64,000 nt of DNA from positions 90,334,001 through 90,398,000 of the forward strand of contig NC_043005.1 in assembly GCF_006345805.1 (NCBI RefSeq), in the 5' to 3' direction. This stretch comes from Octopus sinensis (Eukaryota). Numbering within the stretch: the first letter of the stretch is position 1; each line of letters opens with the position of its first letter. Positions 63,383 to 64,000 of this stretch are shown one piece after another. The translations under genes were made by a program, and so were the position numbers. The notes beneath the pieces were generated by a model, which was not told where the DNA came from, made no database searches, and worked only from the letters and a program-made list of their open reading frames with translations.

Positions 63383-64000
63383 GACAGGGGTGGCTCCTTT
63401 AATCCCTTAAAACCACAATTTCATCTCATTTACTTCTACCACATCTTGTTACTAGTTTTATGGATGGAGTCATTGCTCTGATCAAGTTTCAATAATTTGA
63501 GAACTTTTATGGATTTTTTTTGTTGTTGTTATTTGTTTTAGAAAGTTAATTAGTGTTAAGTGCTTACGAGTATAATTAGTAATTTAGCAGCCTTCTTGTA
63601 TTAAATTTTAGCTTGTCATGTGTTTCTGAGTTTTAGCTGCTGAATAATTAGACTGCCTTGTGATATTTGTTCTGGTTTCAAATCCAGCTGTGGTCAGCCT
63701 TGCCTTTCATCTTGTCAGGTTTCATAAAGTACAGTACCAGTCACATAGTAGGGACGATGTTATTTATGAATCAGCTCCCTTCAGAATTGTTGGTGTTGTG
63801 CCTAACTCAGAAGTCATTAAAGGCAGTGAACTAGCATAGTTGTTAGAATAACAGAAACAATACGTTGCAGTATTTCTTCTGACTCTTGAAGTCTTGAGTT
63901 CAAATCCCACTGAGCTTAACTTTGCCTTTCATCCCTCCAGAGGTCAATGTAACCCAAAATTTCAGGCCTTGTGCTTATAACAGAAAGCATTATTATTATT

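Overview
AT-rich eukaryotic DNA made mostly of retroposons, DNA-transposon relics and microsatellites. The SINE/LINE repertoire looks like a coleoid cephalopod, probably Octopus (inference from recalled repeat families, not a database search). No intact host gene, tRNA, rRNA or CRISPR array is supported; almost all ORF-track entries are microsatellite or repeat read-through, and the window looks intronic or intergenic. Recognisable elements: a young 5'-truncated RTE LINE (2590-3987) whose 3' tail recurs throughout the window; four R4/Dong-like RLE-domain LINE fragments next to (AAT)n-type tracts; a dead full-length Tc1 (14060-15551) interrupted by a TTAA piggyBac-like MITE; mariner, hAT and piggyBac relics; two Helentron/DINE-like non-autonomous elements; and several tRNA-derived SINE families. 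The most interesting signal is a set of minimal type-I hammerhead-ribozyme-like motifs from at least four distinct short repeat families, probably Penelope-like pseudo-LTR derivatives. One family has a compensatory G3-C8 core swap in both copies and another sits in head-to-head fold-back palindromes. Also seen: SINE self-targeting with GGTAY-starting target-site duplications, and several long inverted repeats. Alignments, folds and identities are by eye; family names A-H and F1-F4 are my own labels.
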